48,509 nucleotides of DNA from Pirellulales bacterium (GCA_035252155.1 DATFDL010000646.1:1-48509); one strand, 5' to 3'; positions 17,640-26,515 are shown, counted from the first letter of the stretch. Made by a program: numbers and translations. Notes: generated from the letters alone by a model not told the origin.

Positions 17640-17655
17640 GACACACCTCGCGTGT

Positions 17656-18633
17656 TTAGAGATCGTTCACGGCGGCGCCATCGCGCTTGGCGTTGACGCG
17701 CAGCCAGACGTACCAATCGATTTCGCCCGAAACCGGCCGCAGCGAGCCGTCGGCCAGAACCATCTGGACCACGGTGGGGTGGAGGCTGCTGGCGCCGGGC
17801 CACTCCGAGTTCGGCCCATAGGCGGTGATGTAGGTCGGCGAAAAGGCGTGCGGCGCCGCCAAAAACCAGGCGGCCGTTTTCACGCCCGAACCGTCGACCT
17901 CCATGTACTTGCCCGTCTCGCAGCATTGGCCATAGACCGCCGTGCCGACAAAGGCGGCCCGAAACACCGCCTCGCCGGGCGCCTTGCGAGGCACCCCGCT
18001 GCCGCTGGTGCGAATGGCGCCGAATTTATAGCCGTACGAATTCACCTCGGCGATCACGGCGGTGTGGGCAGTGCCGTCCGAAATATCGCCCAAAGAGCTA
18101 TAGTGTTCGGCGGCAAACACACCGCTGTAATCGGCGGGCGCGCCGCCCAGCGGCGCGAAATAGGCCGTGGGCCACCAGTGATAACCCTCGCTGGCGGCGT
18201 AGTTGGTGACCGCCACATTCCACGTCTGCGTGGGATCATCAAACCCGTTGTCGCTCGGGCAGCGCAAGAGCGGCACCTGCGTGCGGACGACCGGCTGCCC
18301 CCAGGCCGGCGAGCGCTGGTCGACGGATTGAAACAAAGGGACTTGTTCGATTTGCGGCAGGAGCGATGTCAGCCACGTATGGTGATAGGCAGGCAACGGC
18401 CATTGTGCGGCTGTGCCTCCCCATGTGACCGAAGTCGGAAAGCGGCGATAAACATCGTGGTAGTTCTGCAGCGCGATGCCAAGCTGTTTGAGGTTGTGGG
18501 CGCACTGCGCCCGGCGGGCCGACTCGCGCGCGGCCTGGACCGCCGGCAGCAACAAGGCCATCAGAATGCCGATGATGGCGATCACGACGAGTAGTTCCAC
18601 AAGCGTAAAGGCGCGGCGTTGAAGATTTCGCAT
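17656..18633 (-). CDS. DUF1559 protein with type IV pilin-like (prepilin methylation) N-terminus
   Basis: RRAFTLVELLVVIAIIGILMALLLPAVQAARESARR is followed by the H-X9-DG-type DUF1559 body. ATG 18633 is preferred over the tracked TTG 18645. Confidence 0.9.
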   Translation of the reverse strand: MRNLQRRAFTLVELLVVIAIIGILMALLLPAVQAARESARRAQCAHNLKQLGIALQNYHDVYRRFPTSVTWGGTAAQWPLPAYHHTWLTSLLPQIEQVPLFQSVDQRSPAWGQPVVRTQVPLLRCPSDNGFDDPTQTWNVAVTNYAASEGYHWWPTAYFAPLGGAPADYSGVFAAEHYSSLGDISDGTAHTAVIAEVNSYGYKFGAIRTSGSGVPRKAPGEAVFRAAFVGTAVYGQCCETGKYMEVDGSGVKTAAWFLAAPHAFSPTYITAYGPNSEWPGASSLHPTVVQMVLADGSLRPVSGEIDWYVWLRVNAKRDGAAVNDL

Positions 18634-18681
18634 CAGTGGTCTCAAGGTTTAGGGTGCTGGCTCCAGGTGGTCCGCGTGCAT

Positions 18682-18697
18682 TGCAAAGGTGGTGCCA
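18682..18697 (-). promoter_or_regulatory. Sigma-54 (-24/-12) promoter
   Basis: The minus strand reads TGGCAC-CACCT-TTGCA, matching the consensus TGGCACG-N4-TTGCW with canonical GG/GC spacing. It lies 48 nt upstream of ATG 18633. Confidence 0.6.
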
Positions 18698-19091
18698 GCG
18701 CAACGGCGCGGCAGTTTTTGGAACGGCTAAATCCTCGCTCGTTCAAGCGTTTTTGGGCAGTTTAGGCGTAAAATTCGACAGCGGGTGTTTCGAATGATCA
18801 CTGACGATGAACGCCTGGGCGCGCTGGCGGATCGGCGATTGATGTCGACAGGCCGATAACCGCTAAAGATGCAGCGATTTTGCCGAACCCGCGCCTCGCC
18901 ACTGGGCAAAGCGCCGGCGCCCCGACAGCCGTTATCGCCCCACCGATAGCTGGTTTCCGGCCACAGGGACAAGGTCGGCGAGTCGAAAACCTCTGCGAGC
19001 CGTGCCGATATGGTCTTTGCCACGCGGGCGGGCGTGCGGCTGGAGAGGCGGCACGGCACGTGCTCTACACGGCCCGCAAAGCGCCGTTCGA

Positions 19092-19115
19092 CGGAACGCC
19101 CGGAAGTGCGTTCCG
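19092..19115. repeat. Variant GGAACGC..GCGTTCC palindromic unit
   Basis: The unit reads CGGAACGCCCGGAAGTGCGTTCCG. Confidence 0.5.
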
Positions 19116-19240
19116 ACACAAGCAGTCACGCACGCGGCGCCGTGCCGGCGAGCGCCCTGAGCCGCAGCGATCCCACGGGGCAGTGGCCGGGCAGTGGCGC
19201 CACGTCGGCCGGCGTCGTTTTTTTGAAACGTTAACCAAAC

Positions 19241-19317
19241 CACACTAACCCGAAGCGCAAGCGATGAACGTCGCGTAGAGTCACGTAGCGGCCTCGCTGG
19301 CGCTTCGGGTTGGTGTG
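19241..19317. repeat. Long hairpin repeat (AACCCGAAGCGCAAGCGATGA...GGCGCTTCGGGTT family) abutting the SD of the receiver gene
   Basis: Two 18-nt arms, CACACTAACCCGAAGCGC (19241-19258) and GCGCTTCGGGTTGGTGTG (19300-19317), pair with one G-U wobble. An inverted copy of the core lies at 38287-38337. Confidence 0.65.
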
Positions 19318-19329
19318 AGGGAGTAGCCC

Positions 19330-19743
19330 ATGACCGAATCGGCAAAGAAGACTCTGCTGCTGGTCGACGACAGTCCATGCATCCGCCATGTGTGCGGCCT
19401 CGAGCTGGAACGCGAAGGTTACCAGGTGGTGCCCGCCTGTCATGGCAAGGATGCGCTGGCCAAAATCGGCGCGCAGGAATTTGATTTGATCATTCTCGAT
19501 ATGCAGATGCGGCCGGTGAGCGGCTTTGAGGTATTGGCCCGGGTTCGGGCGGAGCGCCCTGAACTGCCGATCATCGCGCACACAACATTTTCCGAGCGCG
19601 AGGTGGCGCGGCGCAGCGTCCAGATGCCCGACGCGCATGTGCTCAAGGGAAGCGACTTCGGCTTGATGAAAGCCGTGGTGGCCCGCTTGTTATCGGCGGC
19701 GCAAGCCGAGGGTCAGTCGGGCCAGGCCCGCATGGCCAGTTGA
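19330..19743 (+). CDS. Single-domain response regulator (CheY-like receiver)
   Basis: GAGGGAG lies 6 nt upstream. The sequence shows LLLVDDSPCIR...DLIILDMQMRPVSG...PIIAHT. Confidence 0.9.
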   Translation: MTESAKKTLLLVDDSPCIRHVCGLELEREGYQVVPACHGKDALAKIGAQEFDLIILDMQMRPVSGFEVLARVRAERPELPIIAHTTFSEREVARRSVQMPDAHVLKGSDFGLMKAVVARLLSAAQAEGQSGQARMAS

Positions 19744-20300
19744 GACACCTCTTTCAGTTGAGCGCGGGTGGCGCCGCCGGCCCTTTGCACCGAAAGGCCC
19801 CAGAGCACGGTGACGATATACCGGGCGAGCTTTGCGGCGTCGACGCGCTTCGACAGGTCGCGCTCGGCAATCGCCTGTTGATAGCGGCTGCGCAGCGCGG
19901 CCTCGGCCGCGGTTCTCAGCAGGCCCAGCTCCTTCCGCACCCAATCGGCCAGGGGGCCGGTCGCCAGGCCTCCCTGCACCAGCAGGCAGCCGTCGGGGTG
20001 CCGCGGGTTCATCACCATGTCGATGGCGCCCTGAAAGAGCTTTTCGGTGACGCGACGGGCGGTGGGTTCTTCCAGTGCCGTGGTAAAGTACGAGGCAGGC
20101 TGTTGCAAATACCGATCGAGCGCCTTGCGGAACAACGCTTCTTTGTTGCCAAACGCGGCGTACAAACTGGGCATATTGATGCCCATGACGTCGGTCAGCG
20201 CAGAGAGCGATGTGCCTTCGTAGCCATGACGCCAGAACAGCGCCAGCGCGGCGTCGAGCGCTTCATCGACATCGAAATTTCTCGGACGCCCTCTGGCCAT
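19713..20300 (-). CDS. TetR/AcrR-family transcriptional regulator
   Basis: N-terminal HTH: ALALFWRHGYEGTSLSALTDVMGINMPSLYAAFGNKEALF. Its 3' end overlaps the receiver gene by 31 nt in a convergent arrangement. Confidence 0.9.
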   Translation of the reverse strand: MARGRPRNFDVDEALDAALALFWRHGYEGTSLSALTDVMGINMPSLYAAFGNKEALFRKALDRYLQQPASYFTTALEEPTARRVTEKLFQGAIDMVMNPRHPDGCLLVQGGLATGPLADWVRKELGLLRTAAEAALRSRYQQAIAERDLSKRVDAAKLARYIVTVLWGLSVQRAGGATRAQLKEVSQLAMRAWPD

Positions 20301-20342
20301 GCGTCGCCTCCCCTTTTTTTATCGCTTGCTACAGTATAATAC

Positions 20343-20371
20343 TTGACGCCCCGCCGCGAAGAGGCTATTTT
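20343..20371 (+). promoter_or_regulatory. Sigma-70-like promoter candidate TTGACG-17 nt-TATTTT for the VOC gene
   Basis: The -35 box is at 20343-20348 and the -10 box at 20366-20371. It lies in the divergent TetR/VOC spacer, where GCTACAG occurs twice nearby. Confidence 0.35.
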
Positions 20372-20423
20372 TAGCATCCGCTACAGATTTCGTGTACCAG
20401 AACCCTCGCCCAAGGAGACGCTC

Positions 20424-20849
20424 ATGCAAGTTCAAGCCTATTTGAATTTCGACGGCCGATGTGAGGAAGCGATTGAGTTTTACCGTAAGGCGCTGGGGGC
20501 CGAGGTGACCACGCTGATGCGCTTCAATGACAGCCCCGAACCGTGTGCTCCCGGCATGCTGCCGCCCGGCGCTGAAAAAAAGGTGATGCACGCCAGCTTC
20601 CATATCGGCGAGACACTGTTGATGGCTTCCGATTGCCACTGCACGGGCAAGCCCAACTTTCAAGGCATTTCGCTGGCGATCAACACGCCCAGCGAAGCAC
20701 AGGCCCAGAAGTTATTTGCTGCCTTGAGCGACGGCGGAAACGTAGCCCAACCCTTGAGCAAGACGTTTTTTTCGCCGGCGTTCGGCGTAGTGTCGGACCG
20801 CTTCGGCGTGACCTGGATGATTCACGCCGCGCCGCAAAGCCACGTCTGA
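20424..20849 (+). CDS. VOC/glyoxalase-fold protein (PhnB/YjdN-like)
   Basis: Start set at ATG 20424 after AAGGAG. The patterns are MQVQAYLNFDGRCEEAIEFY and DRFGV.WMI. Confidence 0.85.
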   Translation: MQVQAYLNFDGRCEEAIEFYRKALGAEVTTLMRFNDSPEPCAPGMLPPGAEKKVMHASFHIGETLLMASDCHCTGKPNFQGISLAINTPSEAQAQKLFAALSDGGNVAQPLSKTFFSPAFGVVSDRFGVTWMIHAAPQSHV

Positions 20850-20856
20850 ACCGATG

Positions 20857-20884
20857 TTGGATTTTCGATTTTGGATTTTCGATT
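20857..20884. repeat. Perfect tandem duplication of the 14-mer TTGGATTTTCGATT
   Basis: Read directly: 20857-20870 equals 20871-20884. Confidence 0.8.
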
Positions 20885-20909
20885 TGTCCCAATGGGCCGA
20901 GGCGGACTT

Positions 20910-21009
20910 AGGTGGGCCGAGCGAAACGAATCCCACCTTTCCGGCGGCGTGCCGCGGCGGCGCAACCAAGTCGAATAGGTGGCACTCGCTGCGCTCGGCC
21001 CATCCCTAT
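20910..21009. repeat. Two units of the GGTGGG..CCCACC repeat family
   Basis: Unit 1 is AGGTGGGCCGAGCGAAACGAATCCCACCT (20910-20938). Unit 2 is GGTGGCACTCGCTGCGCTCGGCCCATCCCTAT (20978-21009). Confidence 0.55.
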
Positions 21010-21051
21010 CTTCCCTGACCCCTAAATCCCGACCCCCGAACCCTGCCCTCC

Positions 21052-22170
21052 ATGACTCAAATCCGCCTCCTCGTCGGTACGCGCAAAGGCGCGTTCATCC
21101 TCACTTCCGACGGCAAACGCCAGCGGTGGAACGTCGACGGACCGCACTTCGGTGGCTGGGAAATCTATCACCTCAAGGGATCGCCCGCCGATCCGAACCG
21201 GATCTACGCCTCGCAGTCGAGCGGCTGGTTCGGGCAGATGATTCAACGCTCAAACGACGGCGGGAAAACATGGGCGCCGGTAGGCAACAAGTTTGCTTAC
21301 GAAGGCGACGCCGGCACGCACCTCTGGTACGATGGCACGCCGCATCCTTGGGAATTCAAGCGTGTCTGGCATCTGGAACCGTCGCTAACTGATCCCGACA
21401 CGGTATATGCCGGAGTGGAAGACGCCGCGATCTTTCGCACGACGGATGGCGGTGGGAGCTGGCACGAGCTGCCAGGCCTGCGGGGGCACGGCTCCGGCAA
21501 ATTTTGGCAACCAGGGGCGGGGGGTATGTGCCTGCACACCATCTTGCTCGATCCCAGCGATCCGCGGCGGATGTTCATTGCCATTTCGGCGGCGGGCGCC
21601 TTCCGTACCGACGACGGAGGCCAGAGCTGGCGGCCCATCAACAAAGGTCTCAAGTCGCAATACGTGCTGCCCGACCCCGATGCCGAAGTGGGTCACTGCG
21701 TCCACCGCATTGCGATGCATCGGTCGCGGCCCAACGTTCTGTTCATGCAAAAGCACTGGGACGTGCTGCGCAGCGACGATGCCGGCGACTCTTGGTGCGA
21801 GGTGAGCGGCAACCTGCCCACCGATTTTGGTTTTGTGATCGACGTTCACGCCCACGAGCCGGAGACGATCTACGTGGTGCCCATCAAGAGCGACTCGGAA
21901 CATTACCCGCCCGACGGCAAGCTGCGCGTCTACCGCAGCCGCACCGGTGGCAACGAGTGGGAGCCGCTGGACAAGGGCCTGCCTGAGCGTGACTGCTATG
22001 TGAATGTCTTGCGCGACGCGATGACCATCGATTCGCTTGACGCCTGTGGCGTCTATTTCGGCACGACTGGCGGGCAGGTGTACGCCTCGGCCGACGCGGG
22101 TGACAGTTGGCAGCCGATCGTGCGCGATTTGCCACCGGTGGTGTCGGTCGAGGTACAGACGCTCGCATGA
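21052..22170 (+). CDS. BNR/Asp-box repeat beta-propeller protein (sialidase-fold, function unknown)
   Basis: It carries five S-x-D-x-G-x-x-W Asp boxes: [33 protein letters not shown] and SADAGDSW. Confidence 0.85.
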   Translation: MTQIRLLVGTRKGAFILTSDGKRQRWNVDGPHFGGWEIYHLKGSPADPNRIYASQSSGWFGQMIQRSNDGGKTWAPVGNKFAYEGDAGTHLWYDGTPHPWEFKRVWHLEPSLTDPDTVYAGVEDAAIFRTTDGGGSWHELPGLRGHGSGKFWQPGAGGMCLHTILLDPSDPRRMFIAISAAGAFRTDDGGQSWRPINKGLKSQYVLPDPDAEVGHCVHRIAMHRSRPNVLFMQKHWDVLRSDDAGDSWCEVSGNLPTDFGFVIDVHAHEPETIYVVPIKSDSEHYPPDGKLRVYRSRTGGNEWEPLDKGLPERDCYVNVLRDAMTIDSLDACGVYFGTTGGQVYASADAGDSWQPIVRDLPPVVSVEVQTLA

Positions 22171-22463
22171 TCCGCGTGGTGTTGCCGTATCATTTGCGCA
22201 CGCTCGCCGGCGTTGGCGCCGAGGTGACACTTGATGTCGCGGGGCCGATCACTCGAGAAGCAGTGCTCGACGCGCTGGAAGCCCAGTATCCGATGCTGCG
22301 CGGGACGATTCGCGATCACGTCACGCGGCAGCGTCGGCCTTTTTTGCGCTTCTTCGCCTGCCTGCAAGATTTGTCGAATGAACCGCCAGACGCGCCATTG
22401 CCCGAGGAGGTTGCTTGGGGCGCCGAGCCCTTCTATATCATTGGCGCGCTGGCCGGCGGATAG
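22167..22463 (+). CDS. MoaD/ThiS-family ubiquitin-like beta-grasp protein with C-terminal Gly-Gly
   Basis: Start set at ATG 22167, overlapping the propeller stop (ATGA). The 98-aa protein ends ...IIGALAGG*. Confidence 0.8.
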   Translation: MIRVVLPYHLRTLAGVGAEVTLDVAGPITREAVLDALEAQYPMLRGTIRDHVTRQRRPFLRFFACLQDLSNEPPDAPLPEEVAWGAEPFYIIGALAGG

Positions 22464-22554
22464 AAAAGTTGACCACCCCGCGAGACACGGCTACCATGCG
22501 TTAAGTTGCCCGAAGAGTGGACGTACCCGCTCTTATTTAACGCGGTCGCTCGAA

Positions 22555-23112
22555 ATGGGTCTCACGTATTTCAAGCGCTTCCGAATGGAGATCGACCTGG
22601 GCGGCTTGACGCCGGGCACGCCCTGGCTGCCGCCGGGCTACCGGTTTGTGCCGTGGGACGCCTCGCTGCTGCCCGCCCACGCCGAGACCAAATATCAAAG
22701 CTTCCGCTGCGAGCTCGACGCCAACGTCTTTCCCTGCCTGGGTGATTTCGACGGCTGCGTGCGGCTGATGCAAGAGATCAGCCAGAAAGAAGGTTTTTTG
22801 GGCGAAGCCACCTGGCTGGTTGTGTATGGCTCGCAGCAGGAGTTTTGCGGCACGATTCAGGGCATCCGCGACCGTTCGGGCATGGGGGCGATTCAAAACC
22901 TGGGCATCACGCCCGAACATCGCAATCGCGGCATCGGCACAAGTCTGCTGTTTCAATCGCTGCACGGCTTTCGGCGGGCCGGGCTGCGCCGGGTGTTCTT
23001 GGAAGTGACCGCGCAGAACGAAGGCGCCATCAAACTCTATCGGCGGCTCGGTTTTTACCGGTCGCGCACGGTCTACAAGGCCGTCGAAGTCGCGCCGTTC
23101 GCGTTACGCTAG
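22555..23112 (+). CDS. GNAT-family N-acetyltransferase
   Basis: Start set at ATG 22555 (MGLTYFKRFRME). The acetyl-CoA motif is LGITPEHRNRGIGTSLL...AIKLYRRLGF. Confidence 0.85.
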   Translation: MGLTYFKRFRMEIDLGGLTPGTPWLPPGYRFVPWDASLLPAHAETKYQSFRCELDANVFPCLGDFDGCVRLMQEISQKEGFLGEATWLVVYGSQQEFCGTIQGIRDRSGMGAIQNLGITPEHRNRGIGTSLLFQSLHGFRRAGLRRVFLEVTAQNEGAIKLYRRLGFYRSRTVYKAVEVAPFALR

Positions 23113-23209
23113 GGTTTAGGACGGCCGTCGGCCGTTCGTTATCGACTCATGCGTTAACGCGGGGCCCATTCCGCACCCCCTGACCCCCGACCTCTGACCC
23201 CCGCCCTCT

Positions 23210-24523
23210 CTAATGGCTCGGCGTGGGCGGCGTGAGCAGCGACGGCAAGAGCGTCACGGGATGCTGAATGATCGGCGCGGCGGGCACGATCGGTAGCAGG
23301 CCCGGCCGGGTGCCGCTGAACCGCACCGCGCTAAAGGCCACGCTGCCATTGAACCGGACGATCCGCAGCACCCCCTGAGTGAATACCAAGTCCAGCACGT
23401 TGGCGGCCACCAACAGTGCCGTCTTGGGCACCACGACGATGTCGGAGTCGTTGATCCAAATTTCATCGGCCGGGCAAGGCCGGTGCCCGTACAAACTGCC
23501 CCGCAAATCGACCATGGTGGCCAGCAGCCGCCAATCGTCGCCGCGGCGAAAGACGATGGTTTTCCAAAGATTGCCGCCGTAGTTCCAGCCGCCGGCCAGT
23601 GCGATGGCCTGCGTGACCGTGGTCGGAGCGATCAACTCATAACGGCCCGGCTCGCGGACTTCGCCGACGACGTACACGTAGCGCGGCGCCCGTTGAGTAA
23701 GGACCGGCATCACCTCGACGCCCGGCAGTTCTTCGGCGAAGCGGGCCTCGATCTCGCGCTGCGCTTCGGCCAGGGTCAGCCCTTGCACAAAGACGGAGTC
23801 GACCACCGGCAGTTGCACCGTGCCTTCGGGGGTAACCTTGGCCAAGCGCGATTGGCCACCCGAGCCGAACCGCTGGTCGATGGTCGAGCGCAGGTCTTCC
23901 AGCTTGGAGTTGACGAGCCGCGGCGTGACGGTGATCGCCGCATCGCGATAGAACTTGCGGTAGCGCTCATTCAGGCTGGCCCGAAGCTGCTCGACAGTGA
24001 GCCGCGCTGCGCGCACCGGTCCGAGTAACCGCATGGTGATCGAACCATCCGGGCCGATTTGCTGCTCTCCGGTCAGTTCGGCGTCGGTCAACGATTCGAT
24101 TCGGAGCAAATCGCCGGGTTGCAGTCGATAGGCGTGCGGCGTTTCTACTCGCGTGAGGCGGAAGACGAAGTCGAGTTGATCGTCGACGCGCAACCGATAC
24201 TGCTCGACGTGCGGCAATCGGGCGTGCCCCAGATACTCACCCTGGGCGTAACGCTGCCAGGCGATGGGCCGAGCGGCGCGCCAGCCCAGCTCGCCGCACT
24301 GGCCCGTGGCGCAGTCGAGTCCGGCAATGGGATACGGCGCTGCCGGTCCTAGCGCCTGGCAGAGGTGGACGTTGCCTTCAGGGCTGGTCGCTCTGTAGGG
24401 AACGCCCTCTATGGCGTTCCGCGAAACGCGACAATAGGCATCGCCTGCGGCCAGGCAAATTGCGCCGGCCAACAACGCCCAAAGCCACCGCCATGCTCGG
24501 CTAGTTAGTCGTCCACGATGCAT
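23210..24523 (-). CDS. Polysaccharide export protein (Wza-like: Poly_export + SLBB domains)
   Basis: YRLQPGDLLRI...GPDGSITMRLLGPVRAARLTVEQL and VYVVGEVREPGRYEL support the domain call. There is a signal peptide. ATG 24523 is preferred over the tracked TTG 24544. Confidence 0.85.
   Translation of the reverse strand: MHRGRLTSRAWRWLWALLAGAICLAAGDAYCRVSRNAIEGVPYRATSPEGNVHLCQALGPAAPYPIAGLDCATGQCGELGWRAARPIAWQRYAQGEYLGHARLPHVEQYRLRVDDQLDFVFRLTRVETPHAYRLQPGDLLRIESLTDAELTGEQQIGPDGSITMRLLGPVRAARLTVEQLRASLNERYRKFYRDAAITVTPRLVNSKLEDLRSTIDQRFGSGGQSRLAKVTPEGTVQLPVVDSVFVQGLTLAEAQREIEARFAEELPGVEVMPVLTQRAPRYVYVVGEVREPGRYELIAPTTVTQAIALAGGWNYGGNLWKTIVFRRGDDWRLLATMVDLRGSLYGHRPCPADEIWINDSDIVVVPKTALLVAANVLDLVFTQGVLRIVRFNGSVAFSAVRFSGTRPGLLPIVPAAPIIQHPVTLLPSLLTPPTPSH
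24395..24421. repeat. GGGAACGCC..GGCGTTCC dispersed palindrome lying in-frame inside the exporter CDS
   Basis: GTAGGGAACGCCCTCTATGGCGTTCCG encodes RNAIEGVPY on the minus strand. It matches the intergenic unit at 16379-16405 at all but two positions. Confidence 0.6.
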
Positions 24524-24742
24524 CACAATCAAAATCGTCGCCAACCACCATCCGATTCCAGACGAACCGGCCTAGGCCGCACTACTTTCGGCCTACAATC
24601 CCTACAACCGCTAAAGTCGATACCACCGTTTACTACCGATGCGACAGGCAACAGATTGGGGGCAAAAAATACGGAGACCCATGTTTTTGCCCTCCATTTT
24701 TTGCCTTCCTCCGCGTCGTCGCCCACCTTGCGAACAGTGCTT

Positions 24743-24751
24743 TGCTATAAT
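24743..24751 (+). promoter_or_regulatory. Extended -10 promoter candidate TGcTATAAT upstream of polX
   Basis: Read directly from the sequence, 28 nt upstream of ATG 24779. There is no well-spaced -35 box. Confidence 0.25.
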
Positions 24752-24778
24752 CCATCGCGAGAGAATGATGGGAACGAT

Positions 24779-26494
24779 ATGAACAACGCTCAGATCGCCG
24801 CCGTCTTCGACGAGATCGCCGACCTGCTGGAAATTCAGGCGGCCAACCCGTTTCGCGTGCGGGCATACCGCAACGGCGCGCGAACCATTCGCGAGCTGTC
24901 GGAACCGGCCGCCGAGATCCTCTGCACCGAAGGCCGAAAGCTCACGGAGATCAACGGAATCGGTGGCGACCTGGCCGAGAAAATCGCCGCTCTGTGCCAG
25001 ACCGGCAGCGTGCCGCTTCACCAAGAGTTGTTGGCCCAGATTCCGGTGTCGGTGCTGACGTTGATGCGCGTGCCGGGCGTCGGGCCGAAAAAGGCCGCCG
25101 CTCTGCACCAGCAACTCGGCATTAGCACGCTCGATGAGCTGCGCGAGGCCTGCCAGGGCAACCGCGTGCGGGGCTTGAAAGGTTTTGGAGCCAAAACTGA
25201 GCAAACCATTTTGGCCGGGCTTGATCTGGCCAGCTCGGCCCATCAGCGGCTCATGTGGGCCGAGGTCGACGGTTTCGCGCAATCGCTCATGGCCCATCTA
25301 CGAGTCTGCCCGAGCATCGTGCGGCTCGAGCCCGCCGGCAGCTATCGCCGTGGACGCGACAGTGTGGCCGATCTCGACCTGCTGGTTGTTTCGACCAATC
25401 CGGCCGAAGTGATGGACCGGCTGGCGGCATTCGCGGCGGTCGAAACGCTGCTCGGCCGCGGCGACACGAAAATGTCGGTGCGGCTGGCGGGCGGACTGCA
25501 GGTCGATCTGCGGGTTGTGCCCGACGAATCGTTCGGCGCCGCCTTGCAGTACTTCACCGGTTCGAAGGATCACAACGTGGTCTTGCGAGGCCGCGCGAAA
25601 AGCCGGGGATTAAAAATCAACGAGTATGGCGTATTCCGCGGTGAACAGTATGTGGCCGGGCGCACCGAGGAAGAAGTCTATGCCGCACTCGATCTGCCCT
25701 GGTTTCCGCCCGAAATGCGCGAGGCCCGCCACGAGTTCGAATGGGCCGACGCCGGCGCCTTGCCCAAGCTCATCGAAGTAGGCGACATCCAGGGCGACCT
25801 GCACATGCACACTACGGCCACCGACGGCAAAGCCACGCTCGAAGAGATGGTGGCCGGGGCGCAAGCCCGTGGGCTGAAATACATCGCCATCACCGATCAT
25901 TCGAAGCGCGTCAGCATGGCCAATGGGCTCGATGCCGCGCGGCTGCGCGCGCAATGGGCCGAAATCGACCGGCTGAACGAAACCTTGCGCGGCTTCGTCG
26001 TGCTCAAAGGCATCGAAGTCGACATTTTGGAACGAGGTGGGCTCGATCTGGAAGACGACGTGCTCGCCGAGGCCGATTGGGTGATGGCCAGCCTGCATTA
26101 CGGCCAGCAACAGCCGCGTGTGCAAATTACGCGGCGAATCGTCGACGCGCTGGCTAATCCGCACGTCTCGGCGATCTCGCATCCGACCGGCCGCCTGATC
26201 AATCGTCGCAAGCCCTACGACGTCGATCTCGATGCGGTGTTTCGAGCGGCCCGCGAGCACGGCAAATTTATGGAGCTCAACTCGCACCCGCACCGGCTCG
26301 ATCTGGACGACCTGGCCTGCGCGGCGGCCAAGCGGCATGGCATACCGATCGTCATCTCAACCGATGCGCACGAGGTCGCCGGGCTCGACAAGCTGCGTTA
26401 CGGCATCTTGCAGGCTCGTCGCGGCGGCTTGACCAAAGAAGACGTCGTCAATACGCGGCCCTGGGCCGAAGTCAAAAAGATGCTCCGCCAGTAG
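24779..26494 (+). CDS. polX: Family X DNA polymerase with C-terminal PHP phosphoesterase domain
   Basis: Start set at ATG 24779 (MNNAQIAAVFDEIADLLE). HhH motifs: INGIGGDLAEKI and VPGVGPKKAA. Palm: DLDLLV. PHP: GDLHMHTTATDG and ITDHS. Confidence 0.9.
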   Translation: MNNAQIAAVFDEIADLLEIQAANPFRVRAYRNGARTIRELSEPAAEILCTEGRKLTEINGIGGDLAEKIAALCQTGSVPLHQELLAQIPVSVLTLMRVPGVGPKKAAALHQQLGISTLDELREACQGNRVRGLKGFGAKTEQTILAGLDLASSAHQRLMWAEVDGFAQSLMAHLRVCPSIVRLEPAGSYRRGRDSVADLDLLVVSTNPAEVMDRLAAFAAVETLLGRGDTKMSVRLAGGLQVDLRVVPDESFGAALQYFTGSKDHNVVLRGRAKSRGLKINEYGVFRGEQYVAGRTEEEVYAALDLPWFPPEMREARHEFEWADAGALPKLIEVGDIQGDLHMHTTATDGKATLEEMVAGAQARGLKYIAITDHSKRVSMANGLDAARLRAQWAEIDRLNETLRGFVVLKGIEVDILERGGLDLEDDVLAEADWVMASLHYGQQQPRVQITRRIVDALANPHVSAISHPTGRLINRRKPYDVDLDAVFRAAREHGKFMELNSHPHRLDLDDLACAAAKRHGIPIVISTDAHEVAGLDKLRYGILQARRGGLTKEDVVNTRPWAEVKKMLRQ

Positions 26495-26515
26495 AACGGA
26501 ATTCATTCCGTGCCA

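Noticed and set aside
19713-19743. 31-nt convergent overlap of the receiver and TetR genes as a sign of a mis-called gene
   Set aside because: Both proteins have complete, recognisable domains up to their ends. Short convergent overlaps occur in compact genomes. No alternative stop is available.
22231-22554. Upstream extension of the GNAT ORF (tracked 293 aa)
   Set aside because: It overlaps the MoaD-like gene in another frame. The conserved GNAT N-terminus MGLTYFKRFRME begins at 22555.
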